This document shows positions 11,501-23,916 of a stretch of DNA of 64,000 nt, piece by piece. The stretch lies in NCBI RefSeq assembly GCF_964204645.1, contig NC_134027.1, positions 6,170,485 through 6,234,484 of the forward strand, written 5' to 3'. The position numbers were made by a program, and so were the translations under genes. Source of the DNA: Tubulanus polymorphus (lineage: Eukaryota > Animalia > Nemertea). Every line of letters starts with the position of its first letter. The first letter of the stretch is position 1. Below the pieces are notes generated by a model, which saw nothing but the letters and a program-made list of their open reading frames with translations, ran no database searches and had not been told where the DNA came from.

Positions 11501-12342
11501 TGGGCCGGTTTCATAGACTGAGTATCAAAGTTATCCCCAGGGATAAATCCTCAATCTGGGTGACAACCACCATTGTACAATAGTAACAATGAGAAGCCAT
11601 GGATATAACTGACAAATTTCAAAATGTTCCCAGGGACTATTTTTCTTCCATATCTATGAAACCCAGCCCTGATGTTTGGTATGTATTTTAGTTGATAGCC
11701 GATATTTTGAAGCTGCATAGTGCTGAAAATTGGGCTGATATGAATTTGCGGCTACCTTTCGTCGGTGACAGTAACGGAAACATCAAGACCGAACCGGGAG
11801 TTGATAATGTGAAAATCGAGCAACCATCACCGAGCACTTCTAGTCATCAAGAGACGACGTCTGCGAGTTCAGTCGTCGTCAAGTCAGAACCAAGTGAAGT
11901 CTGTGATAATGAACTTACCTGTGACAATGCCTCGGCTATGAACAACAACGGTGATCACCGTGACCACACCGCTGGACCAACCAGTGAACCAACCGGTGAA
12001 CCAAAGGAGAAACGACCACGACTCGATAATGAAACTGGTCAGGAGGCATCTATCTCCGAGTGTCTGGAACCGTTTGATCTTTCGAAATGTTACCACGATG
12101 ATGAATGCCGTGATTGTCGACTGACGTATAAAGATCCAAAGGTTTCCGATCTAGTTATGTTTCTACACGCATATCACTACAAGGTAGGGAGGGATTTTTT
12201 TAGTTGATCCTTCGATCTTTGATATCATGAAAAAAGAATTATTAGAAAATGTATATAATGTGAATATTAATTGCAGGGTCCTGATTGGGAATATGAGACG
12301 AAGATGCCCTATTGGGCTGCCGATGACTTTACAGAAATGTGA
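8582..12342 (+). CDS. RPUSD2: RluA-family RNA pseudouridine synthase RPUSD2, 11 exons, ~544 aa
   Basis: join(8582..8734,9078..9186,9339..9460,9538..9638,10063..10229,10682..10823,10945..11081,11167..11220,11306..11397,11692..12183,12277..12342). All introns are GT-AG and phases are consistent (1635 nt). Motifs: GLRKVYPYYY, NKPSSIPVHPCG (motif I), YRLDRLTSG (catalytic Asp), TGRTHQIRVH, GYPIVNDPLY, LHAY (motif III), YETKMPYWA. The start is uncertain: in-frame ATGs at 8570, 8582 and 8675. Confidence 0.93.
9690..10019. mobile_element. hAT-like MITE in RPUSD2 intron 4
   Basis: TIRs CAGGGTGACCA / TGGTCACCCTG with internal (A)AACAGGG(A) repeats. No clean 8-bp TSD is visible. Confidence 0.6.
11503..11668. 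mobile_element. PIF/Harbinger-type MITE in RPUSD2 intron 9
   Basis: TIRs GGCCGGTTTCATAGA / TCTATGAAACCCAGCC, flanked by a CTG 3-bp TSD (11500-11502 and 11669-11671). Same family as the elements at 57342-57559. Confidence 0.75.
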
Positions 12343-15300
12343 TTTAAAAACACCTAGTTCTCACATCTAGATGCATATTCAAGATATCCTTTGGTCTCTG
12401 AGTGTATATTGGATTTTATGCACAATGCTTTTGTACTTTGTGGGTTCAAGCGTCATACTCTGTATGACCGATTCAAAAAAGGAATATACCGCGGTTGTGA
12501 TACCATGTATGTATTGCAGCGACCTAATTCGATTTTAACTTAATTGTCTTATCCCAAAGTACTGGTAAACACAATTTTTAGTAGTTTTTAGTGTCACTCT
12601 GACTCAGAGTATTTATGGTACTTTGATTGTTGATATTGTCACTAATACTGAGTGATAATTCAGTCATTGTAGCTAAAACTATGAAAAAAAACATAAGTGA
12701 TATTGGTGTCTTGCCTTTGTGCATACATAGTTCATGCTCTTAATGAAATGCAGTATTCCCATTCGTATTGAAGTAAAGAAAGACTAAGTGTGTGTGCGGT
12801 AGTTGATTATTTAATCAGGATAGAAGTCCTGGCAATAACTAGTATGTATCCAGTCAAAATAGAGAAATCTCTGTGGGGCACTGTAGCCACGTATAATAAC
12901 GCATTTATTCATACCGTAAACTAGCGGTGTTTCATTTTCTGACTAAGTGAACAACTGGAGACAGTTGTTTATTCATAATTTCGCTCTGGAACTAATTTTG
13001 AACTTTTAATCCAGATGTATTTGCATGTGTACATGATTCTCATGTGTATTGAATGTGAACTAAATTCCAGTGCATTGGAACTCACATATTCTGGGTCTCT
13101 ACAACTTTTGGAAATCTATATGGAATGATGCGCACATGTGTGTGTTACAATTCATTCATAATTAAATCCGGTGAAATTTTTCTCTTACATGACGGTTTGA
13201 TACACTTTGTATCTGCATTTATACAACCTAATTTCATTGATATGTATATAATAGATCATAGCAGCATATCGTTTAGGATTAGAGGCTAGACTTGGGAGAT
13301 TTTCAAAAAGCAATATACATGTAACGTACAAACATTTTAACTATCTTCTTACAATTATTCCAAAAGCTGCTTATTTCTAATAGGCCTACAGTAGTCTTTT
13401 TGAATCAAATTCAGAATATCCTAGATTCAGTCGCAGTACTGGTGGAGCGTGGCACTGCAATGACAATGATAACTTGTTGATACTGTCTTGTACTGTATTG
13501 TACCGCCACTTTTACTCTGTAGTGGTACACTTGTTAAAATTTCTTAAATGCTAACAGAAAATGTATTTGAAATTTAGAACTCTTAATGTCTACTCTAGAT
13601 CTTTTCGTAGCCACATTTACACAAGTTCCCTCTAAACTTCCATATATAAACATATATATTTTCTTCTATTTTGTCATATAAATAATATACTCCTGTTATT
13701 ACCCTGAGTTCGTAGGGTTTTTGAATGCTTTTATAGATGATAGGAATGCAGTGACAGTTTTTACCTACATCCTATATAAACTTGTCTGTTATCGTGTAGT
13801 TTATAGCATGATCACTGCTTAATCAGACCTGATATCGGGATTTAACTGATCCAGACTAAGCAAATTTTTACTGTAATCTAAAAATAAGCATTTCTGCTAA
13901 TAAAGACATAGGATGTATAACCGACAATCAAAAACTGGTTTAGATATGGATGAATTGATGTCATTGTAGGCAAATGAGATAAACTGTATGTAAAATGCCT
14001 CTGCTGAAAATGTATGTGCTATGATTAAGCTTAGAATTTATCATGATAGGGTAGATTTAGCAGTTGACTTGAACTCATGTGGTGTATGGTGTATGGTAGG
14101 TACAAAGTAGAATATTTATTTGTGTTCATGAATATGGATGTATAGTGATTGGATGTATCTTAAATGTTGTTTTTGTGTGCTGATCGGCTGATTTATGTCA
14201 TATAATGAGAATCAATATCATCATATAAGGCTAGATAGAATTATCTTTTCATTATTTAATGGGCTAAACAAATGCTTTATGTATGTGTGCAGTATTCATA
14301 ATGGCCAGTGTTCAAAAACGAGAGGAGGTAATGAGAGTTTTATATTACATATACACGTCCTTAAAAAGTAATCCGTAAATATTGAATGACTTACATTTTA
14401 GAATGTACAATGCAAGTTCTTGTGAATTTCAAAGTGGTAATGATATTCCACTTGATTTAAACCCATAAATCATTTTAAACTTTGAATACTTTTAAGAGCA
14501 GTGTCAGTATGACCACTTATGTATTCACTTTTACTAGATTTTAGCCGTAATTCAGAAGACTGACGAGTGAAGGCCGATTCACAATAACTGTTGAAAATGT
14601 AAGATTATATTGAGTGCATGATGCCTTTTTGAGAGAATTGTCGAATTTGTATTAAGATGAATGCTAGAGTATTAAATGATCCATTAAATGCATACAACGA
14701 CATATCCCAAACATGGATCAGTTTCTGTGATAAGTATGATGTACACCAAACAATGCTGATGAGCTGTAAGTCGATAAATAAATAATTTGTTGTTTTATCT
14801 CCATATATGTAATTGCTTTAGAATGATTTTTAAGTCTTTTGTCCAGCATTGATTAACCTATGGATAATCAATCTGGTATTTGCTATTGGATCATCATTAA
14901 GGACTTGGTTTAGCAAGGACTACTAGGTACACCAAACTTCGAGTAGATCAAAGGCGAGGAATAAGTATCATTTCATTCATCATTTAAAGCGTATTTGTTT
15001 GAAGTGATAATTGCTCCAACGTAAAAGCTTTGAAAAACGATTTTCAAACCACTTTAAATAGAACTCTTTCCTCAGCGAATGTATTAGTAGTTGGTAAAGC
15101 AGCCAGTGAGCAATGACGTCAAAAAGGTAGCACTTTTCAGCCGTTTGTGAAAAGTAAGTGCAAGCAGGGCATTAACAAAGATTTCCAAAAGTAGCACTTC
15201 GTAGACTTGCTACAAAACCATGGAGGTCTTATCTCTTGGAGGTCTCATCTCTTTCATTACAGACTTAAATCTTGGGAAAGAAAAGACTGTGTAACAGTCT

Positions 15301-16289
15301 AAATACAAAAAGAGAAAACCAAGATTACATCAAATACACTTTCTATATTTTTATAATATATTTTCTATTTTACAACATATGATGAAGCCCCCAGAAATAT
15401 TCTACAATGCTTTTTGTTCTTTGATTACTTAATGAAACCAGTCATATATCGATAACATACATGCAGCCATAGTGGACTCGTAAAGAAACCATGAAATATC
15501 TAATCAGTCTCTATGAATGAATTTAAAGAAATGGAATGTTTCAACACTTATTAAAGTATCTCGACAATACGAGGACATACCAGTATACAACTGAAACAAT
15601 TTTCTACATCGTATTTTACATTATGACACATTTACTTTTTTCTCTGTAAAATAGGATTCAGTTTTTAGTCAGTTAAACGATGGAAGATTAGTATATATTC
15701 ACATGGTTATTAATGTAGCTTTGATTACAGTTGTGCTTTGCATCCTACATTCATGGTTTGTTCTATATATAATATTATCATAAGCGCATGTTAGTTTATC
15801 TATAACGCCAAAAAAACAGACACCAATTGTAACAGTACCATATGTACATGTGTTGTTTATAGACAATTTTAACAAAACACATTTTTATTAGTAAATAACA
15901 TTCTAATAATGAATTCCTTCTCTATGCATTCATACATGCACATCCAATTGAAGTCATTTCTATATGTATTTTACAATCAATAAATTCTAACGTACATCCG
16001 TTCAAACGAAGATGTACACCTGACTAGAAGAAAACAATAAATATGTATCTTGTATTATAGCGTTTATGTTCATTTCGAGTTAGATTATATTCTTAGGTTC
16101 AAAATCCAATCCTGATACATGTATATCCCTTTCCATGATTGGATAATGAACTACCAGTATTTTAGAACAATTGCCTATTGCTATCGATCAATGAAATTAA
16201 ATTTTACAGACACTGCAAAGTCACAGCACATTTTCGCTGCATTGTTAAGTTATATCTGACATAATTATCATCCCTATTCTACCTATTGA

Positions 16290-19200
16290 TCACTTATCCT
16301 GTTCAGGCACATGCACATTGAGTGGTTTTCCTTTTGGATCGTCAAATCGATCTTGAGTTGTAATATTAGCTATCATACCAATTCCATAACCGAGAATAGC
16401 AATCAATATCAATGCTACAATCAGCCCTGAAAATATTGGTATCGTGAAAAAACCAACACAATCATTTGCCGGGCCAAATCTGCCTTTCTTCGCTGCTGGT
16501 TGAATCTGCAAAAAAGTTTTTTAGATCTTTCAAAATCTCTCATCATGAAAATGCAGATAATTGAGGTCCCGTTCATTTTACGGATATGAAAAACGAACTA
16601 TGTAAGATATGACATACCTGTAAGCCTTTGAAGACCAAGGAGGCGGAATCAGCTGTCGCATTACCTTTAGCTAGAATTTGTGTACGCGGATAACAATGGT
16701 AAGAAGCACCCAATGGCGCATAAACAAAAGAGGCTTCTAATGGCATATTGTCTGCATTTACTTCAGTGCCATTGATTTTGCCCTTTGCAGTTAAGCTCAT
16801 GTTACCAATTTTCCATAGACCACCTTTCTTGGATACAGCAAATTCTATTCTGTAAGATAACACACATAAATGTGTAAAGCTTAAGTTGATTGAGATAAAT
16901 CTGAGGATATTTACATATGTGTTCTTTGAAGCCGTTCACCGACCTAATTCGATAAACACTTTTGGACATTTTACTTACTCAATAACAACACTATTTAATT
17001 CGCCTTGCTTGGTCCACGAGAGTTTCAACCTGGAAACCAAAAATTAGAAACCGAAATTAGGACAACACTTAATTTCTGGAATGAAATATGCTTATAGATG
17101 CATAATTAATAAGCTCCCATTTCCCAGTACATGCTCAGTGAAGCTCCAGAAATGAACTGAATGTAGCATAATTCAAATTTTAATGTTAGGCCTATCTGAT
17201 ACTTACGTTCCACCAGTTGCATTGTTACATTTCGAACCATCGGTTTTTGGTTTATTGGACAGCAATTCATCGGATGAGTTCTTCGACGGTTTAAGGCGTA
17301 TTTCCTGAGCATATAACATACAACCAGAAACTTCAACTAGAGTGCCATTAGATTTATCATCTGCTGTAGCAAGCAAATGACGTCCCATGTTACCGTGGTA
17401 CCAGTCACTTTTCACCTGTAATTAGTAGTAAAACCCCTGTTCTGGTCAAATCTTCATTATCAGGTATAGGCCAATCATATATTCATTTACATATTCTTGT
17501 CCCCTGCAGTCCATATCAGGGATGAGAACGCCGACCTGTAAAATCCGCGGGTTATTTGTCTTGAGTGACATACGCGAACCAGCTGACGGCGTAGCCGTCA
17601 GCACTAGCGAGCGCCGAAGGCGCGAAGCTATTTCGGGGGGGTTTGGGGGTCCTCCCCCAAGAAAATTTTAGAAATTAAATACGTTTTCCGAGCACTTAGA
17701 GCGATCTCGAACCCATGAACGACTATTATATTTTGGAAGGTAATGGCTAGTTCCAATGTGGTACATCCTCATTTGATGACATTCAGCATCTCATGCATTA
17801 CGGGTCGAGCCCTGAATTATTGCAGTAAAAATGCGCCGATGAATGCTCACTAAAAATCATCACCAAGTAGTGTATAATATCCGAAAGCGTTCGCCACACA
17901 CACGCAGCAACAGTAAGTAGACCTATATACGTTACTACTGTTGCTGTGCGTGCGTGTCTGCAACCGATCGATAAAATACATACAAACTCATCGTAGTACA
18001 AATGTACATACAAAATCACTGTGTTGCAATGAATATGCATTGAAATGCGATACTTTTACGTGACGATAAGTAAAACAGGCACTGAACGCTTTTACAGTTC
18101 ACCTGATTACCGATCGCGCCGGACCAATTGAGTGAGATCATCACCCCCCCCCCCCATACTTTTACATCATTTTTGGACTATTTGGAAAATTGATATTTTT
18201 CAATACTGAAATCCGCGGGAAACCGCGGATCCGCGGGGAATTCTCATCTCTGCCATATACCTGGGGCAGCAAAAGGAATATTGGCTTTTTTTTCATTATA
18301 CTCAGAAAAAATAGAAAAAGAGTTTTGCCTACTCACCACTGAAGGTTCATTAGCAGTGTACATAGCAGTATATGGAATACCTAACTCTTTCAGCTCTTCA
18401 ACTGTTTTTGAAATCTGCGCATCTGAAAAACCATTAAAACAATAGTGAGTAAACATTTAATTGCTCAATAAACATCAAACAATGCCAAGTAACTTACCAT
18501 TTTTAGCTATTTGTTCAGCTGTGATTTCGTTATTAGTTACAGCAAGATTATACACGATTAGATTTCTGCCGGTAAGTTTGACATCTTTCAAAGACTGTCC
18601 TGATTTCAAATGGTGGACCCGTCCCTGGAACATATCCTTTAGTTTCTTCAAGGCATCTGCTGGACCTTTCACTGAAGAAAGAGTCAAGGATGGCAAGCTT
18701 TCCATATACTCCTGAACGTGAAACAACAAAGATTCATATATCAAGCATAAAGGTAACAAGGGAGATGTGATGACACTGTTGATCATTATTGAATACCTTA
18801 ATATGAGGGAATGCTCCACCATTAGACTTATCACTGAACACATTTCCATATTTCGTTATGTCATCAAGGGATAGCTAAAAGATTTAAAAAAGCATGTAAA
18901 AATCATTACCCAACTTAGGTCTCTTTTGGGTAATTTTCACAAAAGAATAAGACATCATAGGATGTGTTACCTTATCCTGGAGAAAAACGACTAAAGTATG
19001 TTTCTGGCAATCTTTACAGACTAATTTACGCAGATAGTCATTCCTAAAAACCTCCTCATTGATTGTATGGCCGGCTAACGGTGGTAACACATCGGCTAAT
19101 CTGAAAAGAAGTAGAGAAAGCATCAAATTCTACGCCTTGAAATAGGTTGGAAAAGGTAAAATAACTTAGATTTAGAATTCGGTGGCAAGATCAGCAGTAG

Positions 19201-19418
19201 GCAGGCAATAAAGCACATTTGTATTGGATTTTAGACGTTTTATCAGATAACACGAAGTATAGACCAAATATGATACAACAAAAAAGTGAGAATCGTAGCT
19301 TGACATTATCTTACTTGTGTGATGACCAAATTAACACTGGAATTTCGTGCGAAACCACCGAAATTGCCAGATAAAACAAACAAAAATTTGCAAATAGTAA
19401 TTTCATGATGGCGGCCAT
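16290..19418 (-). CDS. ATP6AP1: V-type proton ATPase accessory subunit S1 (Ac45), 9 exons, ~439 aa
   Basis: complement(join(16290..16505,16618..16849,16979..17029,17207..17415,18337..18422,18498..18711,18797..18874,18971..19100,19315..19418)), 1320 nt in frame. It has a signal peptide MAAIMKLLFANFCLFYLAISVVS followed by PVLIWS, then FLQDKLSLDD, YTAMYTA and SYHC, the Ac45 C-terminal signature DCVGFFTIPIFSGL, a TM helix, and the tail DRFDDPKGK. Confidence 0.93.
17517..18252. mobile_element. Non-autonomous hAT-like DNA transposon in ATP6AP1 intron 5
   Basis: TIRs CAGGGATGAGAA / TTCTCATCTCTG (11/12 match), subterminal CCGCGGG repeats at both ends, and CCATAT on both flanks. The internal GCGAGCGCCGAAGGCGCG..GGGGG..CCCCC..AAAATTTT block resembles one I recall from invertebrate non-autonomous DNA transposons. 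Confidence 0.8.
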
Positions 19419-19427
19419 TTTGTACTA

Positions 19428-19446
19428 TCATGTGATCATGACGTCA
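19428..19446 (-). promoter_or_regulatory. M-box/CLEAR-like E-box (TCATGTGA) plus a perfect CRE (TGACGTCA) immediately upstream of the ATP6AP1 ATG
   Basis: TCATGTGA at 19428-19435 and TGACGTCA at 19439-19446, 10-28 nt from the start codon. MiT/TFE control of V-ATPase genes is established. Confidence 0.6.
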
Positions 19447-19691
19447 TATTTGAGGATTTCCCTGGGAAACCCTACTGGCTATTTACCGCACTACAAAAAC
19501 TTCGAAAGTTTTTAACTACGTTCGTCTTTAGTAAGTAAGTGAGTAATTTCCTTATCACGAGTCATAGTAGTAACCATTAACACTCATATCTAATAAAAGG
19601 GGACAACCTGCTGCTGGGGTGCAAATAGTCACTACAAAAGTTTGAAAAAAGTTTACAAGCAGACTCCAAAAAAAAATAGTGTCACCACTGC

Positions 19692-21168
19692 CAGTCAGGA
19701 ACACTTTCCAAAAACGGCTTATTCTGCCAATTTCGGCGTTTTCCGCCAATAACGGCGGAATCAGCCATTTATGGATTACTCAGTTTTAAACTGCTTCTGC
19801 CAATTTAGCCGAAATCGGCGTTTTCTGCCATTTTTGGCTTGTTCTTAAAAAACGCCATTTCCGCTGTTTTCAGCTGTTACAGTTTTTAAAACTACATCGC
19901 CAGAAACGGCGTTTTAGCTTAGATAGTTTTACATGTGCTATTTATAGTGCTTAGTTCGATGGGAGTCCTTATTATGACATCATCGCTTTTCTGCTGGCAT
20001 ACATTTGTATATTTGCGCCGAAAAATGAATCTCATTGATCCATTCCAGGCTTCAAGAAAGAATTAAATATAAATGTACGGGTTTCCGATGGCAAATGTAT
20101 TTGAATTCTGTTCTTTCTTTATACCTGTATTCTATGTAATAAATATATACATACATGTATCCCAAATTGTTTCGAAAATGTCTGCTTTATTTTGTAATGA
20201 ATCTAGATAAAGCTGTATTGATTTTGAGTGTTGTAACGTCATCGGCCACCAATTCATTCAATCACTACCCATCACAAGTCCAATTAGCTGGGAGGCATCG
20301 AAGATCTTAATTACCTTCAATTAACCAACATCATATGCAGTCCAATATATCCCTCAACCATTCTATGCTTTATTAGGCAAGATAAGACCATGGGCAAAAC
20401 TTAAAACTAGATTTTTGATACACTAGTTTATACATCCATGATTGATTTGTCTTATGAGAACGATAATTATAATAATAATTTTATTTTTATTTTCAACATA
20501 TAATATTTACACATCCGTTCACCTCAGCAAATTAATTATTTTATTCCGAAAAAAAGTACCCTGTAGACACTAGGGAAAAAGTCTAAGCGGGTGGGGGAAT
20601 CCTCATAAATAACAAGTGGACTGCCAATAATGGCTTAATAGTTTATGATTATAAAACTAGCTACGCCAAAAACGGCGGAATACGCCAGAAATGGCGAATG
20701 TTTTTATGTGTACCCATGGCAACATTTAATTGAAAACTTTATAGTAGTTTTTAAAACTAGTTCCCAAATTTATTTTTAACAAAAATCATGATTAATAAAC
20801 TTGTTTCATGCTGTAGTAGTTTTGAGAGTTTTCCCAGAGTTTTTGGGCTGCATATGACGTAATCATTTAGAAAAACGTGAATTTGACCACTTTACCTAGC
20901 TCAAAAATTTCCATCCTAGCGTCATATTAAAGCTTATCGTCTGCTCGAGATTATGACGTAATCGGCAACATGCGCTAATTTGACCGGAAGTGCGCAAAAA
21001 ACTTTAAAGCAAAACTCGAAACTTAGTGAGCTGAAAGTGGCTGATTAAGCCATAAACGACTGTAAAAGTTTCAAAACTGAGTGATCCATAAACGGCTGAT
21101 TCTGCCGTTATTGGCGGAAAACGCCGAAATTGGCAGAATAAGCCGTTTTTGGAAAGTGTTCCTGACTG
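19692..21168. mobile_element. 1477-bp non-autonomous DNA transposon with ~95-bp TIRs and a 5-bp TSD
   Basis: Left CAGTCAGGAACACTTTCCAAAAACGGCTTATTCTGCCAATTTCGGCGTTTTCCGCCAATAACGGC... is the near-perfect reverse complement of ~21075-21168. ACTGC flanks both ends (19687-19691 and 21169-21173). Subterminal GGCGTTTT/AAAACGCC repeats; no transposase ORF. Confidence 0.9.
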
Positions 21169-23849
21169 ACTGCTGGCACTGGTCACCCTAACTACTACTC
21201 AGAAGCAAGAGTGTGTGCAGCACTCCTAATGTTTGACCGAAGTATGTAGGAAAACAAAGACAGGCCACACCTAGAATCACCACAGCTGACTAACCCTATG
21301 TTTGTGATAGGTCTAGTAGAGCAGCAGAAGTGCCAACATAAAACAAACAGGCTGTCAGAGAAGAAAGGTGGTTAACCTGAAGTTGAAAATGTTGTCTTCA
21401 TTCTGCCAGAAACCCTTACACTTACTAATATTAGTTAATATATTATCTTACATTTTCTATAGGACTCCTTAGTATTTGATGGACTTGACAAGAGAGTCAA
21501 ACTTCAAAAGAGTGCCTGCATCCCCTGGTCAGTGCCTAACTTCAGAGAGGCAGAGTTATTAGGCTGTATCTTAAATGAATATTGCCAATGAATCCCCGGC
21601 ACATATAACCAGATTGTTTGAGAACATAGGGTTTCAGTGAGTTACTGAGAGTTCTGCTTGTCATTTAAATAGATTACATTATCTTAAACTTTGGATGAGA
21701 TGAGTGTGTCTGCAGTTTTCTGGCTGTTTTTCATTCAGAAATCTTTAAATAAGGGTCTGTGGACCTAAACAAAATTGATGGCACAGCTTTTTGGCTTTTT
21801 TAGCAAGAAGTCTTTAAAGTATTGATCTATGTTCTTTTAACGTCGAGAAGTTTTTTATTATGAACCTTTGTAGATCTATATGAGTCACATGTTACTAAGA
21901 ATAACTTGCCGAATTTTTTCTTAGCTATAAATTTCAAAAAGGAAGTAATGTCGCTTGAATTCATTCAGTAATTCAAACAAGTTCATCATGTGACTGATTT
22001 TCTTAAATAGAAAAATAAGATATAATAGTCACATTATTTCACTTTTTTAATGGAAATTTATAACTTTCTCTATTGAAACTGAAACTGTATGAATGTGGTT
22101 AGAATTATGAAGGTACATATTCAGTAGATTGAATACTTTCATACAACTCAACATGTACTTGTATCAGTAAGTACTGGTATATACCATAGCATATATCAGT
22201 AGCTAATGATAGGTCTAGATGAGATCTGTTATTTTGATACGAGGTAGGCCTACTGTATTAGTTTAACTGGAGAGGTGTACACCAGCTTGACTGAACCTTT
22301 CCTACTTTGTTTAACTTATTGGTGTCAATTACGAGCCATTAGTAGCAGTTCCGTCGTTGTTGCATCATTGTCATCATCACTGTGCCACTACTGCCTTTAT
22401 GCGCGTATATTAGTGTGGCTGAGCTAAATGTGGAAATTACACTTGCAGTAAGGTAGGTGCTTCTTGGATCACTGGGTATTTTCATCATGGTGATAAATTG
22501 CTGCCAGTGTCTATTTCATTAGCTAGGTCTATAATATCTTCTAATTGTAATCAAGATTTCATAGTGAATACAGTCTATTATCAGAGCTTCAATCGAATTC
22601 GGATTCTAATCGAATTCATTGTTTTCAAAAAGAAAATTGAGCTTAAAATTAAATGTACATACTTCATCTATCTATTTAACGTAATAACATCTTTCCTGTG
22701 ATATTTACTTGGTTTTGACTGCGAAAGATAAGAGGATTTTGGTATAATATTCTATGAACTGTATATATGTGTATGTACAGGTGATATTCATAAATGATAT
22801 TTAATATTATATTGAATCTAGCTTTTTTACTTATTCATGTAGAATGATGCATATACACCTGTGTTGCATGTTTCATGAGGATAAATAGTGAATTTATAAC
22901 ATGCATTAATATATTCCTGTATATTGCTTGCATTTAACAGCATACAATTACAGGCCTATATCATAGTACCAGCATAATAAGATGACGTTTATGAAACATT
23001 GTTCTTGGGGATGATTTTTGGGCTGCCAGAAATCTCTCTAATTATCCACAGGAATTATGTTATTATTGACACCATAAAGCTAGATTTGTTTATTTGTTTA
23101 AACCTCTGTCCCCAGCACCAAGTGAAATGAACGTTATCAATCAATTTTTGCGAATCACATGTATTACCTCTGAGGTATTCTTGTTTGATATAGTAACGAA
23201 AATGTGATTGTTTTTGTGCACTTTCCGTGGATAGAGACTCATCGCGCAATCGAGATATCGGTTTTCCGAGAGCTTCAATCGGTCATTAGAGACAGATAGA
23301 GAGAACGAGCCAGCAACAGGAAATAAAATCCTGTTGGGATATGAGATATGTCACGTAAATCAGAAAAAATTCTCTCAAACATAAAAACTATGGGCAGCGA
23401 AATTCTCTCTGAAATTCTATGATCATTTGGGAGTCGTTAATGTATATTTACATGATAATATTACAAATTCAAGATCCTAGCCTGCAGTGCATGTTTCTGG
23501 TAAAATATGAATTATTTGTTACTGAAGTACATCCAAATCGATTAGAATTAATTTCGTTTTTCGGCACGGACTCGTTTGAAATTAGTGCCTTCGTCCATTA
23601 TCTGAGTTTCGAGATTTAATAGAGAAACGTCTGCGCGTTTGCACACCCTCCAGTCACGCATTGTATCAGTCCATTACTAAAATCCATTACAAACTATGGA
23701 TCAGTGAAACTTCGACGATTTGCGACGAGAAATTGAAAGATTTTATCAGAGAAATCAATCTCAATATATACAACTAATACATTTCTTGTTAATGTGCCCC
23801 TTCTCTTTCTATTTCATTGTTAATAATTTATAATCATTTATATTTTCAG

Positions 23850-23916
23850 TTCCTGTGTTAACCTGTGACTGAATTACTGTGTACCGCTTCTTGCTTCTAT
23901 ATTCAACCATTAAAAG
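23850..23916 (+). other. Candidate non-coding 5'UTR exon of the PKC gene
   Basis: A pyrimidine-rich acceptor TATATTTTCAG| and a donor AAG|GTGAGA bracket 67 nt with no ATG. The PKC ATG exon begins with an acceptor (~38911), so at least one upstream UTR exon is expected. Confidence 0.35.

Noticed and set aside
14560-14590. Hammerhead-like CTGACGA-GTGAA(GGCCGA)TTCAC
   Set aside because: The required GAAA after stem II is replaced by AATAA and I could not identify stems I and III. At most a dead Penelope-type remnant.
17798-18040. 80-aa ORF in the ATP6AP1 intron
   Set aside because: It lies inside a non-autonomous transposon and shows no transposase motifs.
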